A stretch of 64,000 bases of DNA from Ruminococcus sp. (GTDB lineage: Bacteria; Bacillota; Clostridia; Oscillospirales; Ruminococcaceae), in assembly GCA_016288815.1 (NCBI GenBank), contig JAEELF010000041.1, positions 2,421 to 66,420 of the forward strand, read 5' to 3'. This document shows positions 55,581 through 64,000 of this stretch, one piece after another (position 1 is the stretch's first letter; every line of letters begins with the position of its first letter). A program made the position numbers and the translations under genes. A model generated the notes under the pieces. The model did not search any database and was not told where the DNA came from. It was given only the letters and a program-made list of their open reading frames with translations.

Positions 55581-56990
55581 TCAGCCATTCACGAGCAGCT
55601 GTCTCATCAGACAGAGATCAGTGACATCGAGAACTCCGTCCCCGCTCAGGTCAGCTGCCTCCCAGTCCGCGAGCTCCGTCTCCGGAACAGCGAGCAGCCA
55701 TTTCTGCAAGGTCACGACGTCCGACACATTGAACTCACCGTCACCGTTGACGTCGCCAACTGCGGGAGCGCTGTGCTTTCCGGAGCTGTCGCAGATCTGG
55801 TTGAAGAGCACCTTCAGCTCCTGATCGTTGAGCCTGCAGGCAGAGCGGTCGTAGTGTCCCTTGATGACCGTCCCGTCGTCCTGCTTGGAATCCGGAGTGG
55901 ACCACAGCACCGGACAGAGCTGACGCTCATACGCCGCCTTGCAGACCGAGCTGAGGAACAGCCTTACCGAAGCCGGATCCTTGCCCTTAGTCGGGCAACC
56001 GTACTCACCCACGATGACCGGTATGCCCTTGTCGATGAAATTTGTCTTCATCATGTCCATCTGCTCATAGAGCTCGCGGAAGTCCGCGTCAGTGCCCCAT
56101 GTGGAGCGCGCCTTCGCCCATGTCTCGTCCTTGTCCTCAAGGATAGCGAAGCCAGCGGGAGTGTAGTAATGAACGGACACCGCCATGCGGCCTGCTGGGT
56201 CGTTCGGCATCTTGAAGAGAGGGTCGCAGGTGCGGTCAAAGCCTGTGTTATAGCCGGATATGAGCAGATGACGCTCAGCGTTGTTTCCGCCGGAGCTTCT
56301 GACGACGTCCACGAACTTCTGGTTGATCTCGTTCACGAGAGCATAGGACTCAGCCTTGCCGTCGGTACCGCCCCACGGATTCCAGATACTCTCCCAGCCG
56401 AGCTCCTCGTTCTGCGACTCGAACATGAGGTAATCGCCGTAATCCTTGAAGCTGTCGGCGATCTGCTCCCACATATGCGCGTAGCGCTTCATGCTCTCGT
56501 CCTTATCCTCGGGGAACTTATTTACCCAGCCGCCGTCCCAGTGGATATTTATGATACAGTACATACCGCTCTCGAGCGTCCAGTCAACGACCTCGTGGAC
56601 GCGCGCGTCGTACTCAGGATTAATAGTGTAGGTGCCGTCGTGCTCCATCATATTCGACCACGCGACCGGTATACGCAGCACGCCGAATCCCTCGTCAGCC
56701 ATTCCCTGTATTATTTCCTTTGTTATCACGGGACTTCCCCATGCAGTCTCGTAGTTATTGGGCTTGCCCTCGCTCCACTGCTTTATCCAGTCGTCGCCGT
56801 ACCAGTCCGGGCACGCCTCGAAGGTATTTCCGAGGTTTATGCCTATGCCCATATCGCGCACGAGCTCCATGGTCGTGATATCACGCATTGCAGTGTACTT
56901 CGCTGGCACAGCGCCCGCATCTGTTGCAGGGACGGACTGCGCGAGCACTGCCGCAGACATTACTGCTCCTATTATCTTTGATAACTTCAT
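55581..56990 (-). CDS. GH5 (subfamily 4-like) endoglucanase + dockerin
   Basis: Start ATG 56990 (AGGAGG); LGNTFE, LRIPVAW, INIHWD, FESQNEE, VHYYTP, VGEYG; dockerin. Confidence 0.93.
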   Translation of the reverse strand: MKLSKIIGAVMSAAVLAQSVPATDAGAVPAKYTAMRDITTMELVRDMGIGINLGNTFEACPDWYGDDWIKQWSEGKPNNYETAWGSPVITKEIIQGMADEGFGVLRIPVAWSNMMEHDGTYTINPEYDARVHEVVDWTLESGMYCIINIHWDGGWVNKFPEDKDESMKRYAHMWEQIADSFKDYGDYLMFESQNEELGWESIWNPWGGTDGKAESYALVNEINQKFVDVVRSSGGNNAERHLLISGYNTGFDRTCDPLFKMPNDPAGRMAVSVHYYTPAGFAILEDKDETWAKARSTWGTDADFRELYEQMDMMKTNFIDKGIPVIVGEYGCPTKGKDPASVRLFLSSVCKAAYERQLCPVLWSTPDSKQDDGTVIKGHYDRSACRLNDQELKVLFNQICDSSGKHSAPAVGDVNGDGEFNVSDVVTLQKWLLAVPETELADWEAADLSGDGVLDVTDLCLMRQLLVNG

Positions 56991-57175
56991 ATTAACCTCC
57001 TGTGGGGGATCATTTCTTCTCACTCCACATGATACATCGCCCGCACCGGAATATCAACCCATAAAAGTAATTTCTGGTGGACAAAATGGGAACCACTTTC
57101 ACTGTCATGCAGCCCGCTCCCCGCCGGAGACAGAAAAAGACCGCCGCAGGTCTCCCCGCAGCGGTCATTGAAAAA

Positions 57176-59584
57176 TCATTGCTGTTCAGTATCCAGAAGC
57201 GCCTGCCTCATCGCGATTAGGTCGAAAATATCCAGCACGCCGTCCCCGTTGAGGTCGGCGCCCTTCCAGTCCCTGAGCTCTATGCTCGCGTCTCCGAGCA
57301 GCCACTTCTGAACGCACACCGCGTCAGCGACATTCACCTTAGTGTCCGCGTTGACATCGCCCGGAATAGTCAGGAACTCGAATCCCCTGCGGCTCGAGTA
57401 AGCGTAGTAATACGCAGTGGACTCCGCATACCCGCAGACCGTCGTATCCTGAGGCATGAGAAGGAAGTTCTCGCCGTCGCCGAGTATAAGGCAGTCGGGG
57501 TTCTCAAAGGTTATCTTTTTGAGTTTATCGCAGTAGTCGAATGCCATTTCAACAGTATTGACATTTTTGGGAACAGTAACCTCAGTCAGGCTTTCGCAGA
57601 ATTCAAAAGCGCCGTTCCTTATCGCTGTAACACTCTCCGGAATATCGACCTTTTTCAAGGACGAGCAGACGTAGAACATACCTCGTGCTATCTCGGTGAC
57701 ACCGTCGGGGATAGTGAACTCAGTAAGGTTTTTGCAGCTGTAGAAGCAGTAGCCGCCGAACCGCTGAACGGAGTCGGGCACGGTGATAGAGGTCACTTCC
57801 GAGCCCTTGAAAGCCTCACCGCCTATTGCTGCCACACCGTCGGGAACGACGACATCGCCCGTACACTTTGTACCGTCCACAAGGATATCGTTTATGATGA
57901 CGAGCTCCTTCCCCTCGCTGAACGCTTCATACCACGGCGTTCCCCAAAAAGAGGTGCGGCTGATGTCCATGCCGTTCTTTTCGGGGATAGTCACCTCAGC
58001 GAGCGAGGTGCAGTTCCCGAACGCCGAGCCTCCTATCGTCTGAACAGTCTCCGGCAGGACTAATTCCTCCAGCGAAGTACAGCCGGAAAAGGATCCGTAT
58101 CCGACCTCCTTTATGCCGTCACTCAATACGGCCTTTTTCAGCCCTGTGCAGTTTGTGAAGGCGTTGCCGGCAGAGATCAGGCTGCCCGGCAGAGTGATCT
58201 CAGTGAGCGACGCGCAGTCCATGAACGCCCTGTACCCGATCTCTGTGAGCGTATCGGGGAAGGTCACATTGCCGAGCTTCCAGCAGTCATTGAAAGCGTA
58301 GGCATCGATCATTTTGAGCCCGGAGGGTATATCCACAGAAGCGAGTGACGTGCAGCGCTCAAACGTCCCCTCGCGGATCTCAGTTAGCGTATCCGGCAGG
58401 GTGACCGATGTCAGCGCCTCACAGCCCCTGAATGCGTACTCGCCGATAATTTCGACGCAGTCGGGAATGACGACAGTTTTCAGAGTTTCGCTTCCGGAGA
58501 AAGCACTATCCGCTATGCACCTGACGCCGTCGGGAACGACGAGCTCCTCGCCGGTGTAGGCAGTGGCGTCGAGGAGGCAGCCCTTGACGATGAACAGCCC
58601 GTTCTCGTCAGTGTTGTTCTCCTTGAACGGAGTGTTATTGAACATCCCGCTGCCTACGGATGTCACATTGTCCGGGAAATCCACGCTTTCCAGCGCGGAA
58701 CAGTCATAGAATGAGGATTCTATGGTGGTTATGCTGTCGGGGAGAGTAATTTTGGTCAGCGCTTTACAATGCTGGAAGCAGCCCGACGGAAGAGTTTTCA
58801 GTCCCTCAGGCAGTCTTACATCAGTGAGCGAGGTGCAGTACGAGAAGGCAATATCGCCTATCTCAGTAACGGTGTCGGGGATATAGACGCTCTCCATGGC
58901 GGTGCAGTCGGCGAAAGCGTATATACCGATAGCAGTAACGGGAATGCCTTTTATCTCGTCGGGGATAACGACATTCACTGCGCTCTTATCGCAGCCGGTA
59001 ATGATCACGCCGCTGTCCGAGATAACGCCCGAGAGCGTACCGAACGTCACAATCTTCTCGTAATCCTTGAACCGTATGCCGTCCTGAGCATTCATGCTGC
59101 AATATCTCTCGGCAGTCGAGCCTGACTTGCCGAATACGGTCAATTTCTGACCGAAGACGTAATGCACCTCCGGGATATAGATGTCAGCATTCTCGATGCG
59201 CACCCAGCGCTGCTCGTCTCCACGGTAAAGAATGAACTGCTTTGAGAGTATGCGCTCAACGCTCTCAGGGATAACTAGCCCCTCTAAAAGACTCATAGTG
59301 ACTGTGCAGTCCTCAGCGATAGTCGTGACGGGACAGCCATTCAGCTCTGACGGGATAACGAATTCCCCGGTCATAGACGAAGCTGAGATCGCGTGTACGA
59401 CCGCCTCACCGTTGCTGATAGTATATTGCAGCTGGACATCATCGGGTCTGTAGATATACATCTCAGACTGAGACGCCGCCGCAGATACCACGCCCGTCAT
59501 AACGTCCCGGCACGGCTCGCACAGAACAGACGTCAATGCGACTGACATCGCCGCAGCCGCCGCAAGAATCTTTCTGCATTTCAT
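57176..59584 (-). CDS. BspA-type LRR protein + dockerin
   Basis: Signal peptide; repeated LP.TL..I...AF..C.SL; dockerin GDVNAD...DWKGADLNGDG. Confidence 0.9.
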   Translation of the reverse strand: MKCRKILAAAAAMSVALTSVLCEPCRDVMTGVVSAAASQSEMYIYRPDDVQLQYTISNGEAVVHAISASSMTGEFVIPSELNGCPVTTIAEDCTVTMSLLEGLVIPESVERILSKQFILYRGDEQRWVRIENADIYIPEVHYVFGQKLTVFGKSGSTAERYCSMNAQDGIRFKDYEKIVTFGTLSGVISDSGVIITGCDKSAVNVVIPDEIKGIPVTAIGIYAFADCTAMESVYIPDTVTEIGDIAFSYCTSLTDVRLPEGLKTLPSGCFQHCKALTKITLPDSITTIESSFYDCSALESVDFPDNVTSVGSGMFNNTPFKENNTDENGLFIVKGCLLDATAYTGEELVVPDGVRCIADSAFSGSETLKTVVIPDCVEIIGEYAFRGCEALTSVTLPDTLTEIREGTFERCTSLASVDIPSGLKMIDAYAFNDCWKLGNVTFPDTLTEIGYRAFMDCASLTEITLPGSLISAGNAFTNCTGLKKAVLSDGIKEVGYGSFSGCTSLEELVLPETVQTIGGSAFGNCTSLAEVTIPEKNGMDISRTSFWGTPWYEAFSEGKELVIINDILVDGTKCTGDVVVPDGVAAIGGEAFKGSEVTSITVPDSVQRFGGYCFYSCKNLTEFTIPDGVTEIARGMFYVCSSLKKVDIPESVTAIRNGAFEFCESLTEVTVPKNVNTVEMAFDYCDKLKKITFENPDCLILGDGENFLLMPQDTTVCGYAESTAYYYAYSSRRGFEFLTIPGDVNADTKVNVADAVCVQKWLLGDASIELRDWKGADLNGDGVLDIFDLIAMRQALLDTEQQ

Positions 59585-59728
59585 AGTATACGCCTCCCTT
59601 GTGAAAGAGTGGGTGAACGGAACATATTATCCACTTTCATAGTACCATATATCTGGCAGAAAGTCAATATACGCAAAAAATAATAACAGTATCCCACAGA
59701 CGCTTCATCCCTTTCTCTCAACACGAAG

Positions 59729-59757
59729 AAAAAGCGACCCTTTCGGGTCGCCTTTTT
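59729..59757. terminator. terminator hairpin
   Basis: GCGACCC-TTTC-GGGTCGC flanked by A and T runs. Confidence 0.8.
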
Positions 59758-59789
59758 CACGTTATACAGCTGCTGCGGGAGCGTGCCTC

Positions 59790-59905
59790 TCAGCCGTTGT
59801 CATTTATGACTATCCCGCCTGCCCTCGCGCGGCGGATATATGTGAGCTCGAACATCGACGTTGCGAGGAGTATCTTCACGCCGGGGAACTCTTTTTTCAG
59901 CTCGC
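59790..59905 (-). pseudogene. fragment of a response-regulator receiver domain
   Basis: ELKKEFPGVKILLATSMFELTYIRRARAGG resembles the alpha3-beta4-alpha4 part of a receiver domain; no N-terminal DD/phospho-Asp, no output domain. Confidence 0.5.
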
Positions 59906-60088
59906 TCCGAGGAGCACGGCGCATACCGAGATGAGTATGTGCCTCTTTTTTTGCCTTGTAAGGCCCAGCATGACCGCCTTCCTTCAATGATATATCTAAT
60001 CATAGCACTGTTCTGTGAGGACAATCAAGAAAGAAACCGCCCATTTGTGCACGTCCAACAAATACAGTGAGTAATTGTGTGCATTTTT

Positions 60089-60143
60089 CTGTACTGCAAC
60101 TGTACTTTTGTACATACCATTATTCGGATAAATGATGTATAAT
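60089..60143 (+). promoter_or_regulatory. direct-repeat site plus -10 of the DUF6935-like operon
   Basis: CTGTACT at 60089 and 60100 (11-bp period); TATAAT at 60138-60143; no recognisable -35. Confidence 0.5.
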
Positions 60144-60192
60144 TATAGTGGGTAAATACTACCATGACAAAACATCTTCAAGGAGGGCAATT

Positions 60193-60786
60193 ATGGGATT
60201 ATTTGACAAGCTAAAAAATGCGGCGAGTGCTGCAACAGGCGGTCTCAGTGGAGCAGCCGGCAGCATCGCAGGCGCCGTGCAGAAGGCAGCAAACAAGACC
60301 GTTGAGGTGCAGTTCGACAAACTGCCCGAAACTCTCGAGGAATTCAAGGCACTGCCTCAGGCACAGCTGACTTCCGCATTCGATACAGCGGCACTGACTG
60401 TCGCGGCACTGTGTGTATACCCGAAGAGCGCCGACATCTCGCTCGAGATGCTGGGCTTCCTCAAGGGACCTCAGCCGCTTTCGGGACAGGATAAGCAGTT
60501 CCTTCGCGACCGCTTCATGGACAAGGACTACGTCCCCCGCTCATACTTCACAGGTGCTACCCCCGCCAACGACTACCAGCCCGCACAGCCCTACAGGATC
60601 AGGGTCTTCGAGAATCCGTATTCTTATCAGGACAAGGGCTACGCAAAGCTGTTCATACAGTCCGGCGGAGCGGATTCGCCGAGATATGTACAGCTCAGGC
60701 AGGCGAAGGACGGCAAGTGGTACCTCTGGGAGCAGTTCCTGCTCTCCGATATAAGGCAGCCCGAGAGTGCAGACCCGTGGGCGTAA
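60193..60786 (+). CDS. conserved hypothetical protein, DUF6935-like
   Basis: Start ATG 60193 (AGGAGG); F..LP..LEE..ALP, FLKGP.PLS, YVPRSYF.GATP.NDY.P, SGGADSPR, DPWA. Confidence 0.8.
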   Translation: MGLFDKLKNAASAATGGLSGAAGSIAGAVQKAANKTVEVQFDKLPETLEEFKALPQAQLTSAFDTAALTVAALCVYPKSADISLEMLGFLKGPQPLSGQDKQFLRDRFMDKDYVPRSYFTGATPANDYQPAQPYRIRVFENPYSYQDKGYAKLFIQSGGADSPRYVQLRQAKDGKWYLWEQFLLSDIRQPESADPWA

Positions 60787-60796
60787 GGAGGTCAGC

Positions 60797-61168
60797 ATGA
60801 GTATTACAGGCCTCTGGAAGATAACAGATATGAACGCCATGGACAAGAGCTTCAAGCAGACATGGCGCACCGTAGAGGACGTACTCGCGGACGAGAGCAT
60901 CCACCCCATGCAAAAGATAATGGCACAGGGTATGTACCTTTTCCGCGAGGACGGCAAGTGCCTCCAGCTCATGCTGAAGGAGATAGTCGGCGGCGATGGC
61001 GAGAGCTACGATGACAAGTACGTCATCGGTCAGACTTCTGACTGGAAGGAGGAGGGCGGAAAGCTCTTCGTCGCGGCAGTAGAGGATGGCGAGAATGACT
61101 GGCAGGAAATAGTCCCCGACAGCGACAGTTTCATCATCTTCAATATGTTTAAAATTGCAAAAGTATAA
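60797..61168 (+). CDS. hypothetical cytoplasmic protein, paralogue A
   Basis: Start ATG 60797 (AAGGAGG); shares G.W, FK..WRT..D..AD.S, YLF.E.GK, WKEE.GKLF with the next gene. Confidence 0.85.
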   Translation: MSITGLWKITDMNAMDKSFKQTWRTVEDVLADESIHPMQKIMAQGMYLFREDGKCLQLMLKEIVGGDGESYDDKYVIGQTSDWKEEGGKLFVAAVEDGENDWQEIVPDSDSFIIFNMFKIAKV

Positions 61169-61186
61169 GATATAGGAGGAATTGGC

Positions 61187-61609
61187 ATGAACATCATCGG
61201 GAAATGGAACGTTGCGGAGGCACAGGTGCTCAACCGCTCAACGTTCAAGCTTGACTGGCGCACCGCTGCCGACATCATGGCAGACGACAGTCTTGAAGAC
61301 TACGAGAAGCAGTCTGTTTCGTACAGCTACCTCTTCACCGAGGAAGGCAAGGCCCTGACGCTCTTCCCGATACCCGACAACATCACCAAGGAGCAGATCG
61401 ACGAGGCGCTGGCTTCCGGCGAGCTCAAACTCTACGACGACAGCACTATGGTGCTCGAGGAGAAGGCGTGGAAGGAAGAGGACGGCAAGCTGTTCTATAA
61501 TTCCGGCGCAAAGGGCGAGGTGCTCGGCGAGGAGATCTCTCCGTGGGTGGAGATAAAGCAGACCGACGGCGGCATAGAGCTTATGGCGTACCGTCTCATA
61601 AAAGGATAA
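61187..61609 (+). CDS. hypothetical cytoplasmic protein, paralogue B
   Basis: AGGAGG RBS; same motif set as 60797-61168. Confidence 0.85.
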   Translation: MNIIGKWNVAEAQVLNRSTFKLDWRTAADIMADDSLEDYEKQSVSYSYLFTEEGKALTLFPIPDNITKEQIDEALASGELKLYDDSTMVLEEKAWKEEDGKLFYNSGAKGEVLGEEISPWVEIKQTDGGIELMAYRLIKG

Positions 61610-61621
61610 GGAGGAATTGAT

Positions 61622-64000
61622 ATGGATCTTAAAAAGCTGGCAGCCGGAGTACTGGCTGCCGTGACGATGTTCTCGTACAGCGCTGGCTACTTCCCGAAGG
61701 CTGTGCCGCAGATGAGCAGTATTACTGCGAGTGCGGCTAAGGAGAAGTTCTCAGCGAAATTCAGCAGCCTTGGCAATGAAGTTTCGACTGATTCAAGCAC
61801 ATTCTTTGGCTATCTGAACAAATACTTTGATTGGAGCTATGTCTCGAGCAGTTCTAACGAGTACAAGTATCGTATCACCGGCTTCAAGAGCGGGTATACA
61901 TCATATACCGTCCCTGCTCCTTACATGGACGGAACAACGATATACAGAGTATCATACATCGGAAATGACGCTAAAATGAGCGGTTCTTCTAATGTTCAGA
62001 AACTTACTGTTTCTGATTCGGTAGAGTATATCGGCGGATATGCTTTTTCCGGCTGTACCGGATTACAGTCCGTAACTTTCAGAACAGAAGCACTTTCAAA
62101 CTCAAATTTAAACACCACAGCAACGCATATGGCGCTCACTGAGATAAAGGACGGCGCTTTCAACGGCTGTACGAACCTTTCAACGTTCAATATAAGCCCA
62201 GTATCGAAATTTGATGTGTTTACGTCAATCGGAAACAGTGCATTTAATGGCTGTTCATCTCTGACGGAGATAAACATTCCTGCTTCCACTGAGAACATTG
62301 GTTCAAATGCGTTCAACGGCTGTACTTCTCTTACAACTCTGAATATGCCGGATGACATCAATACTTCTGCACTCACCACTGTCGGCGATGTCGCCTTCAA
62401 GGACACAGCCCTCACAACGGGCTATGTCACCAAGAATATGACTGAGAACCCCTATGAGTACATTCCCACGCTGACCGAATACGTCGTTGCGGACGATCAG
62501 GTAAAGGGCTACTACGCCATAGACGGCGTGCTCTGCCGCGATTACACCCTTGACGAGACTGCACACAAGGCTCTCGCGGCGTATCCGCCCGCAAAGGAGG
62601 GCGACAGCTATACTATCCCCGCGGAGATAGATACTATCGGTCATTATGCGTTCAATGATCTGAACAACGACGCCCTCAGCGTTACTATCCCCTCAACTGT
62701 TACCACAGTCTCATCTTATGCATTCAACAACGGCAAGCTGAAGAATATCACTGTCAACGGCGCGCCCACTTTGTATAACACATTCATGCACAATGTAAAC
62801 CTCACAGGCACGCTGACTATCAACGGCGAGGCAAGGTGGGACAAGGAAGCGACGTCTGCATACTGGTTCCAGAACTGTGACATCCAAAAGGTAGTGTTCA
62901 CACCGAACTTCACATGGCGCCTGCCTGACGAGCCTATCTCTATGAACTTCCAGCTCTTCGGCTTATCTACGGATGATAGCTACGGCTATTACAGCTATAA
63001 ATCAAACGACTACGCTTATATGAAGGAGCAATACTACAATTCCGTTGATACCGTGGAGATACAGGGCAAATGGAATCTCAGATACGGCAACGGCGAATAC
63101 TTTGAATTCGGCGAGCATAGATTCCAGGGCGTAAAGCACGTCAAGTTCACTGACCCCGACTGCGAGATAACGAAGTATATGTTCTGTTTGTCTCCCGAGC
63201 TTGAAACGGTACAGCTCCCTGCAAACCTCAAGGAGATACCTGCGGGCGCTTTCAGCTACACATACGATCTCCAGTCGCTGGACATTCCCGATACTGTCGA
63301 GACTATCGGCTACTGCGCGTTCCAGAACAGCGGTCTAAAATCGCTCATTGTTCCGGACGGAGTTACATTCATTGGCGAAAACGCATTCGAGATGTGGGGC
63401 ACAAAGCTCCTGCGCGATGACGAGTTCGTGACACAGTTCACAGACCTGTATCTCCCGCCCTCGCTCACCTATGACTCTATGTCAGCCATGAACTTCGGCA
63501 ACAGCGACAATACAGGCGTTACGCTGGACGAGAGCGAGAAGCCTTATGCCGTAACTCTCCATGGTGTTGCGGGCTCGGGCGCGGAAACATACGCGAACAA
63601 GTACGACAACGTGACCTTCGACGGTTCAATGGACGACCTCAGCGCATACACCGTTACGAAGATAGACGGCGAAACACCTGTAACACAGGTGCGCGACGGC
63701 GTTACATACTACATCACTAATTCCGAATACCCCACATTCGAGATAAAGAACGGTTCTAAGACATACACTCAGGCTGACACTGATGTGCTCTATATCTACA
63801 AGACCAAGCCCACATCAAGAAGCTCAGGCGACTATTACGTTACCGGCAACTATCTCATCAAGCCCAAGGATCCGACAGCAATGTTCGGCACTCTCGCCTT
63901 CAACTATGCATGGGAGAGCGGCTGTCCGTCGTTCCATACATACAATGAAGAGCACATACAGACCCTCGAACCCACCTGCACAGAGGACGGCTACTCTTAC
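61622..64000 (+). CDS. large secreted BspA-type LRR protein, truncated by window end (absent from ORF track)
   Basis: AAGGAGG RBS, ATG 61622, MDLKKLAAGVLAAVTMFS signal peptide, IG..AF.GC..L repeats; frame reads open where translated. Confidence 0.85.
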   Translation, partial: MDLKKLAAGVLAAVTMFSYSAGYFPKAVPQMSSITASAAKEKFSAKFSSLGNEVSTDSSTFFGYLNKYFDWSYVSSSSNEYKYRITGFKSGYTSYTVPAPYMDGTTIYRVSYIGNDAKMSGSSNVQKLTVSDSVEYIGGYAFSGCTGLQSVTFRTEALSNSNLNTTATHMALTEIKDGAFNGCTNLSTFNISPVSKFDVFTSIGNSAFNGCSSLTEINIPASTENIGSNAFNGCTSLTTLNMPDDINTSALTTVGDVAFKDTALTTGYVTKNMTENPYEYIPTLTEYVVADDQVKGYYAIDGVLCRDYTLDETAHKALAAYPPAKEGDSYTIPAEIDTIGHYAFNDLNNDALSVTIPSTVTTVSSYAFNNGKLKNITVNGAPTLYNTFMHNVNLTGTLTINGEARWDKEATSAYWFQNCDIQKVVFTPNFTWRLPDEPISMNFQLFGLSTDDSYGYYSYKSNDYAYMKEQYYNSVDTVEIQGKWNLRYGNGEYFEFGEHRFQGVKHVKFTDPDCEITKYMFCLSPELETVQLPANLKEIPAGAFSYTYDLQSLDIPDTVETIGYCAFQNSGLKSLIVPDGVTFIGENAFEMWGTKLLRDDEFVTQFTDLYLPPSLTYDSMSAMNFGNSDNTGVTLDESEKPYAVTLHGVAGSGAETYANKYDNVTFDGSMDDLSAYTVTKIDGETPVTQVRDGVTYYITNSEYPTFEIKNGSKTYTQADTDVLYIYKTKPTSRSSGDYYVTGNYLIKPKDPTAMFGTLAFNYAWESGCPSFHTYNEEHIQTLEPTCTEDGYSY

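Noticed and set aside
55528-57101. GGAACCA(A)CTTTC on both sides of the GH5 gene as a target-site duplication
   Set aside because: Short, needs an indel, no mobility gene; could be chance or an operator half-site.
57834-58545. 16-bp exact repeat CCGTCGGGAACGACGA about 690 bp apart in the LRR gene
   Set aside because: Explained by ancient duplication of LRR blocks; flanks are diverged, so not a recombination or DGR signal.
1-64000. CRISPR array, DGR template/variable repeats, invertible promoter or shufflon, integrase/transposase, rRNA
   Set aside because: No regularly spaced repeats, no long adenine-mismatched repeat pair, no reverse transcriptase or recombinase motifs, and no rRNA-like sequence seen by eye.

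Overview
A 64-kb chromosomal window from a cellulosome-producing Ruminococcus-like (R. flavefaciens-type) Firmicute, judged from six dockerin-bearing genes and sigmaA promoters. The left ~18 kb looks lower in GC in hand-sampled lines and ends at a tRNA-Ala(GGC) 3' end. It carries three c-di-GMP enzymes, tcdA-GNAT, a flavin reductase and a complete FCT-like sortase pilus operon: catalytically dead SipA, backbone pilin, class B sortase, basal pilin and a ~2010-aa fibro-slime/PA14 adhesin. The middle holds housekeeping and envelope genes: pyrB fused to a PyrI-type zinc domain, an HD protein, asnB, ddh, a BceRS-AB-like module, a membrane glycosyltransferase and a G1PDH-like/HAD pair. It also holds an XRE regulator coupled to a GH44-CBM-dockerin cellulase, an ECF sigma/anti-sigma pair, a VbhA-Fic module (antitoxin missed by the ORF track), a CotH lipoprotein, GH43-CBM6-CBM22-dockerin and AraC/GH31. 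The right end is a surface-protein cluster: a non-catalytic dockerin protein, GH5-dockerin, three BspA-type LRR proteins and a DUF6935-like operon with two small tandem paralogues. The strongest novelty candidates are the 1689-aa LRR-dockerin protein with an AT-rich cassette encoding a pore-former-like hydrophobic hairpin, the DUF6935/paralogue/LRR operon, the pilus operon with its operator and structured leader, and several unannotated RNA or leader elements. No CRISPR, rRNA, integrase or transposase was found. Family assignments come from motif recognition by eye; no database searches were run.
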